Assembly: GCA_043228905.1 (NCBI GenBank)
Contig: JBHGNT010000010.1
Span: forward strand, 10,044,001-10,108,000
Reading direction: 5' to 3'
Source of the DNA: Azolla caroliniana
Lineage: Eukaryota > Plantae > Polypodiophyta
DNA: 64,000 nucleotides
Below are positions 10,209-24,879 of the stretch, piece after piece. A program made the position numbers and the translations under genes. Positions within the stretch are counted from its first letter, which is position 1, and every line of letters begins with the position of its first letter. Under the pieces are notes generated by a model. The model did not search any database. It was given only the letters and a program-made list of their open reading frames with translations, and was not told the origin of the DNA.

Positions 10209-11830
10209 AAGGCACCCAACGAATTCATGGATCGCGATTGTAAGCGACAACATACTTTTTGTGTATTCTGTAAAAAGAAGGGTCATACAAAAGAGCAATG
10301 TTGAAAGCTCCAACAGAAAGAGGACGACAGCAAAACAAAAGTTGCAGACCATAAAGGTAGGATTCCTAATGTCCTTGACCTGATGTGTTATAGTAAATCT
10401 CCATGGGATGCATTTGTTCTCTTGGTAAAAAAGAAACAGGGCACATGGCATATGTGTATTAATTACCGGTGCTTGAATAAAGTGACGATCAAGAATTCCG
10501 GGGCTGACGATCTAATTGACCATCTCTAGGGAGCTCGGTATTTTACAAAACTTGAACTCCCTACGGGCTACCATCAAATTCCTAAACCAGCATTTTGTAC
10601 ACGTTATGGCCATTATGAGTTTTTAGTCATGCCTTTCGGTTTTACCAATGCTCCGGCCACATTTCAACAAGAAATGAATGACATTTTCCAAGAACAACTT
10701 GGAAAATTTATCTTTATTTTCATGGATGATATTCTAGTTTATAGTCGTACATTAGAAGAACATGCTAAACATATCCTCTTTGTTTTACAAACATTGCGTG
10801 ACAAACAGTTTTACGCGAAGATCTCAAAATGTGAATTCTTTAAGAAATCAATTATTTATCTTGGACATCTCATAATTGAACGAGGAGTTGAAATTGATTC
10901 TTCTCGCATCGAGAACGTCAAACTTTGACCAACTCTTTGGAATATTCAGAAGTTCAATCATTCCTTGGTTTTGTTGAGTTTTTGTGAAAATCTCTTTGTA
11001 ATTACTACCAATTGACGACACCGTTGACTGATCTTGTTAAAGGTCAAATGCATAAGTCTACAAAACCTATTGTGTGGAACGCTATACTAGACCTCGCCTT
11101 TAAGGAACTCAAGGACTTGGTGTGCAAGGCTCCTTCGCTTCTTTTACCTGATCCTTCAAAACCTTTTTAGGTTGAAACCGATGCAAGTGATTATGCTATA
11201 GGTGCCGTCCTATATCAAGATGGTAAACCAATAGCATTTGAGAGTAAGAAACTTGACTCTCCTCAGTGTTGGTATACCATGCAAGAAAATGAACTATTTG
11301 CAGTTATTCATGCGCTCATTACATGGCACCATTATCTTTATGGAAATTGTTTTGTGGTAACTACAGACCACAAGTCCTTGAAATATTTTTGTGACCAACA
11401 AGACCTCAAAGGTCGTAAGGCACGATGAGCAGATCTCATCCATGACTTTGATTTTTCCATACAATATTGTAAAGGTTCCATGAACACTGTCATTGATGCA
11501 CTAAGTCACATCTGTGAAATTAACATGCTTAGCTTCACTCAAATAACCTCAGATCTTTATGATCACCTGAGAGGAAAGTATCATGATGACAGTTATTTTG
11601 CGAAATACTGGGCAAGAGTTGAGTCTGGAATAGACACCACCACATCCTCGAAGGAATACTTCCACATTGCTAACGGTCTGCTCTACTGTAATGGGAAGGT
11701 TTGTGTTCTAGATTTGCCCGAGGTCAGAAAGAGAATTCTTTTTGAATGCCATGATGCACCCTCAACAAGGCACCCTGGAAAATATCGTACACTTGTTCTC
11801 ATCTCCACTCAATTCTATTGGCCTAAGATG
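10209..11830 (+). pseudogene. Element A gag zinc knuckle, RT, RNase H and integrase N-terminus (protease deleted)
   Basis: CVFCKKKGHTKEQC; SKSPW..LLVKKK; MPFGFTNAPATFQ; FMDDILVYS; ETDASDYAIG; HDAPSTRHPG...FYWPKM. Confidence 0.9.
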
Positions 11831-12258
11831 TGTCAGGGCCAAAGTTAGGAACGAGTTTTAAAATGAAGAAGAGAATGAGAAGCAAAAGATATGAGAGAGA
11901 TAAGAACAATTTGATAATGTATTAATAACGAGAGCAATGTTTACAAGAATATGCCGAATACTGGCGTTGAACCAGAATGGTTCATCAATAGTCAAATTAT
12001 TCATGTTTATATAGCATGGTTTGGATACATGCATGCTTGCCACCTCATAGGCACACATGATCGCCACTTGGCATTCATGCAAGCATGCCCCTTGGCAATC
12101 ATGCGTTAGCCTATGCAAGGTGGTGACATTTCAATAATATTATTATATGTATTTCCTATTGATATATTTATTATTTAATATATATAATATGATGTATCCT
12201 AATGGATGGGGTTGTATGCCTTCTTTGAGGGGGTCATGGGTTCGAATCACCATAAAGC

Positions 12259-14457
12259 TTATTGGGTTTTGTATACACATGACACCATCCCCCTCCTTTG
12301 ACGATGAGTTCCACAAGTCGTAATGCATGAATTCAGACTTGGCTTATCTGGATATTGGCGATGAAATTCAGCCCCCAAGTCAGAGGCATTATTAGGGTTC
12401 TCAGCTGGCTCCCAAGTACGATCATTTGGTGTATATCCTAACCAATCCACGAGATAATAAAGCTTTTTATGTATTATCTTGGAGTCCAAAATAGCTTTGA
12501 CCTCAAATTCTGGGCCATCAACAAGTTGAACTAGAGGTGGGGCTAGAACAACCCGATTTGGAATGGAACTACCAATGTAGGGTTCCAACAATGAAACATG
12601 AAATACCAGATGTAGATGCATTTGTGGAGGTAGATCAAGGTGGAATGCAACATCATTAATTTGATTGGAGATAATAAATGGACCAAGTCGTTGATAATCC
12701 AGCTTGTCACAAGGTCTAGTAGTCTTCACATTACGTCGTAGTAACCAGACACGATCCCCAATTCGAAACTTCGGTTCCTTTGGTGAAGGGTCAAGTCGGT
12801 GACGATCTGTGGCTTTTTTGTGTGTGGCTTGAGCAGTTTGCAAATGTGGAGAAAGTGCAACATGCACATCTTGGAGTTGATGCAGACGATCTTCAACAAC
12901 AGGATTTTTCGAGATTTTTGGATGTGCCATCATTGTCCAACGAGAATGATATCCTATGTTTGCAAAAAATGGAGTATACCCTGTTGAAGAATGAATTGAA
13001 TTATTGTATGCAAACTCTGCAAAGTGAAAAAAATCCACCCAATCATCCTGTTGGTAATTGATGAAACACCGAAGATATTGCTCTAATGTTTGATTCGTCC
13101 GCTCGGTTTGACCATCACTTTGTGGATGATAGCTTGACGAAAGTTTACAGGAAATTTTGAGCATCTCAAGCAAGTGTTTCCAGAATTTTGAGATGAATTG
13201 TGGGCCACGATCACTAATGATGTCATTTGGATGATTGTGAAGTCGAAATACTTCTTTCATAATGATGTCTACAGTTTCTTTACTGTTGATGGTTGTATGG
13301 AAGAAAATGCGCCATCTTTGTGAATCGATCTACTATAGTGAGAATAGCATCAAAACTCTTCGAAATTGGAAGATTTGTAATAAAATCCATCGAGATAGAT
13401 TTCCATGGACCAATAGGAACTAGCAATGGTTGTAATAACCCATATGGTCGATGTCATGGAATCTTTGACTAACAACACACATCACAACTACGAACATAAT
13501 CTTCAACAAACTCTCGAAGGTGAGGCCATCAATAGTTTCGAGAAACTAGCTCCAAAGTTGTGTGGATTCCAAAGTGCCCGACCATTGGGTTGTCGTGACA
13601 ATATTGCATTACTTGAAGTCGAGACGAACCATTTGGGACATACAAAAGAGTGTTGCGAAAAAGCAAACCATTATCCCATTTAAACTGGTTATAATCTTTA
13701 CGAGGATTCTTGGAGTTTGAAGAAGAAGCGCAATCTGAAATTATATGATTCAATATATCTTGAGAAAATTCATCAGAAATGATATCTATTCGGATTGAAT
13801 CAAGAAGACTTGAATCTTCAAATGCTTGAGAGGCATTAATAGTTAATAGTTGTAACTGATTAGGCCCCAAGACGATTTGTTTTTGATGATCAAATGTGGG
13901 TTCTCCTGGTTGTGGAGCCAAATAAGATAGTCATGAGAGAGCATCTGCCTTTCCTTGTTGTACTCCTGGGCGATATGTGATGATGAAATCAAAACGTGTT
14001 AGAAACTGTGCCCAACGAGCTTGGCGGTGACTCAAGACTCTAGCACTTTGAAAGTATGTGATGTTTTTATGATCATTGTAAACAATGATTTGGTGGGGAG
14101 AACCTTCTAAGAAATGTCTCCACTGTTCAAACGAGTTTATAATGGCTAGAAGCTCTTTGTCGTGAATCTCATAATTGATCTCTACGGCTTTGAATTTGCG
14201 TGAATGGAAAGAAATTGGATTTAGCTTCCCATCATCTCCTATCTATGACAATATACTTCCTAGTGCAAAATCAGATGCATCCGCCTCGATGATAAACGGT
14301 TTTTCTAGGTCAGCATGAAGTAGAATTGGAGCAGAAGTGAATGCGCTCTTTAGGCTTTCAAAAGCTTTGGTTGCGCTAGAACTCCATGTGAATGACTTGT
14401 TCTTTTGTGTAAGCTTTGTGAGAGGCATCACAATGTTTGAATAATTCTTGATAAATT
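12259..14457 (-). pseudogene. Element C RNase H, integrase and chromodomain
   Basis: EADASDFALG; SDRGPQF; GPF; EFEVKAILDSK..YYLVDWLGY..RTWEP. Confidence 0.93.
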
Positions 14458-15619
14458 TGGTGCATGACACACGTGCCAAACGTCGGGATGTGCGTGTCAC
14501 AAACATGGACAAGCACCATGCCTCTATCCGCTAGAGGTTATGGAGGATCGATGATGGGATTTCCGCGCCTACGGGTCGGTCCAACAGGACCACCAAGGTC
14601 TTTGACCGGGGGCAACAAATTGGGTGAGTTGTGCTTATCGTCGGGTCGTCCTTGGTTGTCGAAGACGCACCCGAACCCGACAGAGCGGTGTGGTGGATTG
14701 ATGTGTAGGCGGCTGAAGTGACACACTAATGTGGTTGAGAGTGAGAGAGAGAGAAAAGAAAATTGAGGAAGTGTTTAAGATAGATAGACGAATCGAAATT
14801 CCAATTCCGGGTTTGAATCCTTGACTTTAATTTAGAGAAACAAGACACATTGCCAATGAGATAACTAAGATTTATTAATTATTATTGATTGCATACATTA
14901 CTTTCCTGATACATAGCTTGGTTTGATTCATTGATCGATTCCCACTTATAGAGATGCCCCCATGCATATGTGCATGTGAGGGTGTAAGACATGCATACAA
15001 TGCAAGAAATGCATGCGATGCATGATGACCATGCACCTCATCCAAGCTCTCATGTATGAGCATTCACATTCATGGGAAAAACATGATGATGATCTAAAGA
15101 AATAACTTAGCCTAATGGTAATTCAGTTGTCTTCTATTTTGGAGGTGAAAGGTTCAATACTTGCACCCCTTTGTATGCATGAAAATGAAAATAGGCTTTA
15201 GGTGTTCTCATTACATTTATATTTACAACATGCTAACGTATGAGTGTAACCATCACCCCTTTCATTCGTGTGCACATTACACCTTCTCGATTCCACGCGA
15301 TTTTCACAGCGTTGCCGAAAATCTTCACGATAGCCACCGCCACCAAACCGCACGTCCTCTAGTTCGTGCCAAGAAAAGAGTGTGAGATTTCGGCTACAGT
15401 GTGAGATTCTTCCACGTCCTCGTTGACCTCGCTCACGTTTGTGGGTTCCGCCTTACTATCTTCATTGTTGAGGTCATCGAGCTCGGGACCCTCAATTTGT
15501 CTCTTTTGGATCCGAAGTTCTTTTCCTTGTAATGGGTATGGCCAACCTTGATCCGTCTAGCTCCACATATGATCTGAACCACCTTCTTGCGAACTTTATT
15601 GTCATCCTGTGTTGGTTTC

Positions 15620-18600
15620 TGTCAGGAATAGTACTAAACAGAGAGAGGATTAGTACTAAACAGAGAGAGAATTAGTACTAGAGAAGGAAAGTACTATTAG
15701 AACTAAGAGGACGGGACAACGTAAGACTCCCGAGAGAGCAAGAGAGAAGAGGAGAGAGAGAGAGATAGCGAGGACGAGAGAGAGGGAGAGATGATGATGA
15801 TAACAGATTATATATTATAAGAAGAGTAAGTACAAAAGGGCTATGAGGCTAAAGACTAGCGTTGAACCAATTTGGTTCAACATAATGCCTAGTGCCCTCT
15901 TTTATAGTGTTCTCAGGAGTAATCCTGAAGCTTCTAGAATGATCTAGAGAAATCTGGAATATACATTAATTTCCTATAATAAAATATAAATGAAAATAAT
16001 ATCCTACGTATTACAATAGATGATATAATGGTCAAGAGCTCGACCCATATAACCTAAGGTCATGGGTTCGAGTCTTGCTATATCATGACATTATCCCCCC
16101 TTTAAAACGACGAGTGTCACGAGTCGTTTTGGATGGAGAACCCGGTTTGTGTGGATATTGATGATGGAAGTCTTCAAGAAGTGCACGAGCATTGATCACA
16201 TTCTCGATTGGTTCCCAAGTACGTTCGTTGGGACTATAGCCTAGCCAATCGACTAGATAGTAGAGCTTGTTGCGAACAATCTTGGAATCAAGGATGGTGG
16301 CAACCTCGTACTCTATTCCATCTTCAAGCTCGATCGGAGGTGGAGGTTGTATAATACGTCCTGGGATGGTTCTCTCATGATAGGGTTCGAGGAGAGAACT
16401 ATGAAACACCGGATGTATCCAAAATTGAGGAGGTAGATCGAGACGAAAAGCGACATCATTAATCTTTCCGATAATACGGAAAGGACCTAATTGCCGATAA
16501 TCCACCTTCTCACATGGGCGAGTAGTCTTGATGTGTCGTCGTAGCAGCCACACCCGATCTCCAATGTTAAAACTAAATGGAAGTCGATAACGATCCGCGT
16601 AGACCTTGTGTGTTTGTTGAGCTTGTTGGAGATGAGTAGATAAATCTGCTTGTATCTTGCGTAACTGCTCCAAATGATCCTCCGCGCAAGGATTTGTGGA
16701 CACATCTGGGGTTTCAAGTACACTCCACCGAGAGTGATATCCCGTATAAGCATAAAATGGCGTAACCTTAGTCGATGCGTGGATAGAGTTATTATAGGCA
16801 AATTCGGCAAAATGGAGAATATCTGCCCAGTTATCCTGATGATAGTTGAGAAAGCACCGCAAATACTGTTCCAACGTTTGATTTGTTCGTTCGGCTTGGC
16901 CGTCGGTTTGTGGGTGGTAGCCGGAGGAGAGGTTACAAGTGACCTTGAGCATTTTAAAAAGGTGCTTCCAGAATTTTGACACGAACTGGGGTCCACGGTC
17001 GCTGACAATACTATCGGGAAGCCCATGATGCCGATATACTTCACACATGACAATTTCGGCGGTGTCTTCACTAGAGATTTCCTTAGTACATGGCAAGAAA
17101 TGAGCCATCTTCGTATATCGATCTACCATTGTTAGAATCGCATTGAACCCCTTAGAGACTGGAAGATCTGTGATGAAGTCGAGAGCAATGGATTGCCACG
17201 GCTTGCTTGGAATTGGTAATGGTTCTAATAAACCATATGGATGATGCCTTGGCATTTTCGCTCTGCAGCATGTATCACAAGTCCGAACAAAATCTTCGAC
17301 AAATTGTCGCATATGGGGCCACCAGAATGATCATTGTACTAAATCTAATGTTTTAGTACTACCAAAATGCCCAGCTGTATATGTGTCATGATAGTTTTGT
17401 ACTACTCGAAGGCGGCAAGAACCATTAGGAACATACAAAAGTTCTTTAAAGAAGAGTAATCCATCATGGTATTTGAATTGCTGATAGTCCGTACCTGGTG
17501 GTTGTGATTGTGAACAGGACGCTTGAGAGGGATCAATTTGTGCTAGTATAGCTTGGGCGAAAGCATCTATCTTCAGGTCCGCACGTATGATATTGATAAC
17601 GTGGGAATCCATGGGCATGCCAAAAACCTGTGTTGCTTGCAGTCATGCCGGTCCCAAGATTACTTGCTTTTGGTTATCGAAAGCCGGCTCGCCGAGACGC
17701 GGTGTTAGATACGAACGTCGTGATAATGCATCTACCTTCCCTTGGTGCTTCCCCGGACGATATGTAATTTTGAATTCAAAACGCGTGAGGAAGTGAGCCC
17801 ACCGAGCTTGACGTTGATTTAACACACGAGAATCCTAAAAGTAGGCAAGGTTTTTATGGTCACTGAATACGGTGACTTGATAAGAGGATCCCTCTAAAAA
17901 ATGCCTCCATTGCATAAACGAGTCCACTATTGCCAATAGCTCCTTATCATGAATTTCGTAATTGATTTCAGCAGCATCAAACTTGTGTGAGTGAAAAGCC
18001 ACAGGATGTAGCTTCTCATCATGACCCCGTTGTGACAGAATGCTCCCCAATGCGAAATCCGATGCGTCAGCTTCGATAATGAATGGTTGTTCCGGATCGA
18101 CATGAGCTAGAATTGGAGCCGATGTAAATGGCTTTTTAAGACTCTCGAAAGCCATATCTGCTTCATCAAGACAAACGAACGATTGTCCCTTCCTGGTAAG
18201 TTGTGTGAGAGGCAGAACGAGCTTTGAGTAATCTTGTATAAACTTCCGGTAAAAATTGGCAAAGCCTAAAAAGCATTGCACATCCCGCACCGAGCGCGGA
18301 GCCTGCCATTCTACCACCGTCTTGACCTTAGCTGGGTCCATGGAGATGCCTTCTGATGAAATGACGTAGCCGAGAAATTCCACCTGGTTGCACCTGAAAC
18401 TACATTTTTCTAGCTTTGCGTAAAGACCATGTTCTCGAAGTTGTTTTAGTACTAACAGGTCATGAGAATCATGCTCTTCTTCGGTCTTTGAATAAACTAG
18501 TAGATCATCCAAGTAGATGATCAGACACACATCCAAGAGATCTCGGAATATATCATTTGCCATGTGCTGGAAGACTGCTGGCGGATTAGTGAGGCCGAAC

Positions 18601-19668
18601 GGCATGACCGTATACTCGAAGTGCCCATATCTAGTGCGGAACGCTGTCTTCCATTCATCTCCTGGTCGGATCCGTGCGAGGTTATAGGCCCCCCGTAAGT
18701 CGATCTTTGTGAAGAACCTGGCACCATTGATCCGTTCTAAAAGACTTGAGATAAGGGGAAGTGCATACCTATTGCGGATTGTAACTTTATTCAAGCCACG
18801 GTAATCTACCACCAGACGAAGTGATCCATCCTTTTTCTTGACGAAGAAAATGGGTGCGCCTGCTGGAGATTTAGAATGTTGAATGAATCCATTCTCCAAA
18901 TTCTCCTCTATATAGGCTTGAAGGACTTCTAGCTTGGTTGGTGACAAATTGTAGATCGGTCCCCATGGTGGCTCTTTGCCCGGTTGTAAATCGATGGGGC
19001 AATCATATGGTCGATGATGAGGAAGCGTATTGGCTCGTACTTTATCGAATACATCGGCATAATGATGATACTTCTTTGGAAGCTGAATGGTGGACTCCTC
19101 TTTAATGGTGTCGGAGGGTTTTAGTGATATTGCGAAGAGAAACATTTCTTCCTTGCGTCCTTCTTCCCGCAACTGATGTAGTGAAATGGTGGCAATCTTC
19201 TGAGTAGATCCTCGGGTTTGTCGACATTGGATTTCTCTTGTTCTCCAATCTATGTCTGGGTTATGTAACTCGAACCATGGTAATCCCAAAACGATGGGAT
19301 GTTCTGGGATACTAATAATGTTAAATGATACTACACATGCTAAGTTATCTAGGACAATATTAACGGGTTCTGACTCTTCTATGATATTTCCGGAAGCAAT
19401 GGGATGACCATCAATGACGACTACAGAGGCTGGACACGGGAGTTTTCTAAGAGATATTTGATGAGCTTGGGAAAAATTCCTATCCATAAAGCAAGAATTA
19501 GCTCTGGAGTCTAGAAGTGCTAAGACGTGTATTGGAGGGGTACTTTTCGTACTAACTGTTACTTGGGCTACGAACACATTGGTAACTTGCTTAGAGGGAA
19601 TGGAACCACTAATGGGCTACACAGATCTAGGGCTGTCCAACCAAAGGGCTCCTATTTTGGTACTGACT
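15620..19668 (-). mobile_element. Element E: second B-family chromovirus, 5'-truncated (3' LTR 15620-16090; pol 16083-19668)
   Basis: LTR is the reverse complement of the B LTR; long pol ORFs (PR-RT-RH 17835-19577; IN-chromodomain 16083-17312); PPT aaaggggggataa. Confidence 0.93.
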
Positions 19669-22600
19669 AAGGACATCAAATTTGCCGCGACCTCTCTTGT
19701 TTTGCGCGCCTCAACCTTCTCAGTCGGTATGTCTGCTCAATAGGCCCCTATCAACTCCTTCGTTACTATGACTCCGACGCTTATCAATCCGTCGGTTCCT
19801 CCGCGATGGCATCGACTTCCGCTGCATCCGTGTCTGCTTGGCCTTGAATTGATCCGGTTCTTCCGAATCTGTCTTTTGAACCAAATCGACCGTCTCCGAT
19901 TCGTTCTAGCTCTTGTCCAAATCGGTTGCTCCCGATTCGTCTTCTGGTTCCAAGCCCTTCACCACATCGGACCATGTCCGGGTCTTGGCCTTCTTCCTTC
20001 GGTCGGCTCTGTCCTTCTTGACTCTGCCGCCTTCTGTTCTTCCCTCACCGGTGCAATCGACATTCTCTTTGCCTTTGCCCGTTCCGGTGTCTTTGCCCGT
20101 TCTCCCCCTCAAGTGTGGCACGTCGAGATGCTGAACACCAAGCATTTCGGTGAAGTGCTGCAACTTGTCCGATCCAAGCGGCTTGGTGAAGATGTCAGCT
20201 ACTTGCCGATCCGTGTGAACATACCGTAGTTCAACTTCACCGCTCAGGACCCGCTCACGCACAAAGTGATAATGCACTTCTATGTGCTTCGTGCGAGCAT
20301 GGAACACAGGGTTCTTGGCGAGTTGCATGCTGCTTATGTTGTCGCAGTAGACCAGAATCGGGGTTGGTACCTCGATCTGTAAGTCTTGTAGTAGTCGCCG
20401 AAACTAGATGGCTTCACAGGTGGCAATGGTAGCGCCTCGATACTCAGCCTCAGTGCTCGACAGAGCAACTGTTGGCTGCTTTTTGCTGCTCCATGCAACA
20501 ACCGCGCTACCTAGGGAAAACATGTAACCGAAGGTTGATCGGCGATCTAATGCATCGTCGGCCCAGTCGGCATCCGTGTAACCGACGAGCTCTTCGGGTA
20601 TACCGCGCTGGTATAACAGGCCCCGGTTCTTCGTGGCGCTGACATACCGCAATATCCTTTGCGCGCACTGAAGGTGCTCCACGGTCGGCTTCTGCATGAA
20701 TTGACTTATCATTCCGACCAGATAGCTAATGTCGGGTCGTGTGATAGTCAAGTAAATAAGGCTTCCGACAATCTGTCGCAAACGTTGCTCGTTGTAGGCC
20801 GGTCCGGAGTTGGGACGAAGCTTCTGGTTCTGGTCCAAGGGTGTGGAGAGAGGTCAGCATTCTGTCATGCCGAACTTGTACAACATATTCAAGACGTAAT
20901 GTCGTTGTGAGAGCAATATGTTGTCCGGGGTTCGGATCACCTCGATCCCTAGAAAATAATGAAGGTCCCCTAGATCCTTCATCTCAAATGCGTCTGACAA
21001 CTGGGACTTAACGCGGTTGATTTCTGGAACTCTTGGTCTGGTGATGACTAGATCATCAACATACAATAGTATACATACCGGACCGGCTGAGCCTTGCCGG
21101 ATGAACAATGAAGAGTCCGATTTGGAGGCCACAAACCCCATCTTACGCAACCGGTGCGTGATCTTTGCATTCCAAGCTCGAGGGGCTTGCTTCAGGCCAT
21201 ACAACGACTTCTTCAGCTGGCATACCGCCGACTTGTTCATCTCCGATTCAAAGATGGGGGGCTGAGTCATAAAGACTTCTTCTTGAAGATCACCTTGAAG
21301 AAACACATTCTTCACATCCATCTGGTGAAGATGCCACCCCCTTGTTGCAGCAACCACCAACACCACAGAACCGTCGTCATCTTCGCTACCGGAGCGAAGG
21401 TCTCATCGTAGTCGATTCCGTGGGTATGCACGTATCCCTTCACCACTAATCGGGCTTTATACCAGTTAACAAAACCGTCAGCGTTGTACTTTACCTTGTA
21501 TATCCACTTGCATCCGATCGGTTTACAGTGACGAGGAAGGTCAACTAGGTCCCATGTCTTGTTGACATCAAGTGCCCGCATTTCTTCTTCCATAGCGGCA
21601 CGCCAATTTGCATCCTTGGCCGCTTCTGCGTAGCTCTCCGGCTCACGCACTTCCGCCACCTTAGTCATGTACGCATAGTGATGCGCCATGTACTCATTGT
21701 ACCCGTACCGCTTGACGGGATCCTTCTGGCGGGTGGACCGACGTAACTCACTGTTACTCGGTTTGAGGCCCTTCTTGGCCGGTTCGGTCTTTGTTGCTGA
21801 AGATCCGCCTTTCTCCTTGCTGGAGTCGGATGCACACTGATCCGGCTCATCATTGCCGGTTTTGAATTCCGGCATCTTCTTCTTCCCCTTCTCTTTGCGC
21901 GTGAATCGTAGCCTCGGTTCCTTGCGCGGGGAGTGCACGGCAAAGTCTCCACTACTCGCCGGTTCCTCATCGGACTAGTCAGATTGACTCAGTCTCTTGT
22001 TCGGCCCACTCAACTAGAACGATTCCGGACTCTCATCCTGAGTCCACGCTTCATCATCCTCTACCTGGGCCGGTTCAGGATCACTAGCCTCATCCACCGA
22101 CATCGGGTCATATTCGGAAGTTGGAGTCGTTAAGGAGTACCACAATGCCGATTCATCAAACTCGACATCTCGACTAACTTGGACCTGCTTTGTCCGAGGG
22201 TCATAACACTTATAACCCTTTTGCTCTTGAGCATAGCTGACTAGGATGCATTTTTCCGATTTTGCATCCAGCTTCCTTCGCTTCTCATCCGGTACATGCA
22301 CATATGCAATGCTACCGAAGATCTTAAGGTGTCTCAAATTCGGTTTCCGCCCGAAATACAGCTCGTGAGCTGACACCTTGTCACCGATCTGGTTCTAGAT
22401 GTAGACAGCCTTTTGGCCAGCCTCTGCCCATTAGAATTTGGGCATGCTCTTCTCCTCCAGCATTGCCCTCGCCGCATCGATAAGCGACCAGTTCTTCCTC
22501 TCGGCAACACCGTTCTGTTGCGGTGTGTATCTGCAACTGAACTCTCGCCGAATTCCCGTTTGCTGCAGATAACTGTTGAATTGGCCGGAAAAGTATTCTT

Positions 22601-24870
22601 TCCTGCCATCTGACCGCAGGCATTTGATCTTCCTCTCCGATTCCCTTTCCACCATGCTTTGGAGACTCCGAAAACACTCGAAGACTTCACTCTTCTGCTC
22701 AATGAGGTAGATCCATGTGTGCCGCGTATAGTTGTCGATGAAGGAGATGAAATATCGACTCCCGCCAAGACTAACATTCTATGCCGGTCCCCACACATCC
22801 GAATGGATTAGGTCGAGCTTGTTACGGCTCCAGTTACGTTTAGTGGTGAATGGAAGCCAGTGTTGCTTCCCGAGTTGGTAGGCTTCACATACTTGGGCCT
22901 TCCGGCCGCTAAACTTCGGCAAACCAAAAACAACTTGTTTCGTTTATAGGTCTTGAAGCCTCTGGTAATTGACGTGGCCTATCCGCTTGTGCCATAGGTC
23001 GATGTCCGATTCGACCTTCTGTCCTTTTGCAAACAGAGTGGTGCCGACGTCATTGGTGTCGAGGATAAACATCCTCCTGTCTCTGCGCCCTTGTGCAATA
23101 ATTTGGCCCTCTTCCTCGATGAAGCACCCGATGTGCGTAAACTGCACCTGCATCCCTTTGTTGACGATCTGTCCGACCGACACTAGGTTCTTCGTGATTG
23201 TCGGAACGTGTAATACGTTCATCAACTTCCCCTTTTGTCCGACGTGGCTCAGAGGGACTTCTCCCACGTGCACGATTGGGTGAGGAGTGTCGTCTCCGGT
23301 TTCGACTACTCCTGGTTGATCTGGTTTCTCCAAGAAGGAGAACCACTCTTTGTGGCTCGTCATGTTGTTCGACGCACCAGAATCAACATACCACACTTCC
23401 TCCGATTCGGAAGTGGTCTTCTTCATCGAGTTCGCCTCGTGCTTCATCACCAAGGCTGGCCCGTTACCGTTCTTGGATCCTCCCGATCCCATCGCGTAGT
23501 GCGAGCTTTGCCGGCCATCCTTGCCGGCCTTGCCGGATTTGGATTTGTCCGAATCGGCGCGTTTTCTCCAGCACTCGCTTTCTCTGTGGCCCTTTTTGCC
23601 ATAGTACCAACATTCCGTTGCAGATTTGTCTTGCTGGCCTCCGGCACTGCCTTGACTCCCCCTGCTTGTGGAAGTCCCGGAACTGCTGTCAGCACGTTCT
23701 TTATGCCTTCGTTCTTGCTTTTGCCGGCCACCTCCATTGCGTGCCGACCCGCCTCGTCCACCATGCCCACGGGACCGACCCGCCTCCGTGTACATCATTC
23801 GGCTATTAGTGGGTGCGCCAGTTGACGCACTGGCGTGGTTCTCCTCTACAAGGAGCATCGACTGTAAGTCGAAAAATGACGGCGTATTCTCCCTTGTACA
23901 CACCGCCGTTCGGAACGCTCTGAACTTAGACGCCAGGTCCCCAAGACAGACCTGTACCATCTCGTCTTCCTCTACGGTAACGTTGATAGAGGCAAGCGAG
24001 TCACAGATCTCTTTGATCTGGGTCGTGTAATCCGCCACCGACATGTCCTTCTGTCGGACATTGCTCAACTCCTATCAGAGTTGCAACTTTCGGGCTGTAG
24101 TGCTTGCAGCGAAAACCTTCTTAAGGTTCCCCCAAGCCTCCTTCGGCGTCTTGGCGTCTTGGATGTGGCTCAGCAGCTGGTCTCCGACATTGGACACGAA
24201 GCAGTACATCACTCTGCTTGCCAATTGTTCCCACACTGGGAAGTCCTTATGTGCCGCATCAGGTGCTGTTTTGTAGGCTCCTTCGACGAAACTCCAGTAG
24301 CCATGCCCAAGCAGGTACTGGTGCATCTTATACGACCAAGATGCATAGTTGGATCTGTCGAGTTTCTCCACAGGGAGCGAGCTAGCTATCCCTCTATCCA
24401 TTACTTCTCTGTCTATTGTTTTACGACCTGTTAGGGTTAACTTTGCTTTCAAGCGTTTGTCGGCTGCACAGGAGGTTCTCAACCCTCGCGCTTTGATACC
24501 ATGTAAACGATTACTTGCAAAAGTGTTAGAAAAATAGAGAAATTAGGGAATACACAGAGTACCCGGGAGAGAAAGAGAGAGCAGAACCTCAAAGCTATAT
24601 TCAAAAATATATAAAACACTCTGTCATTTACAATTGTGCTTAGTAGCACTATTTATACAAGTCCTCATGGGAGTGACAAAAGCACCGCGTACTTCGAATG
24701 CTCACACGAGCTTTTGACACTTACTACGAGACTATAATTGCCTAGTAGTCTAAACTAATACTAGGATTCCGGTTACCGATTGGACCCGGCTAACCGGCTC
24801 CCCAGCTCACCGGCTCTGTTGCTTGCCGGCTTACCGATCCGTCTCGCTTGCCGGCTCATGGTTATTTAGC
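19669..24870 (-). mobile_element. Element H: Ty1/Copia retrotransposon, degenerate, 3' LTR missing; right boundary approximate
   Basis: PBS tggtatcaaagc (iMet type; reverse complement at 24490-24501); gag EKLDRSNYASW; WYVDSGAS; LWHKRIGH; TPQQNGVAERKN; KARLV; LLYVDDL; GYTDADW; SSTEAEY; RTKHIEVHYHFVRE. Confidence 0.93.
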
Positions 24871-24879
24871 CGATCCAGC

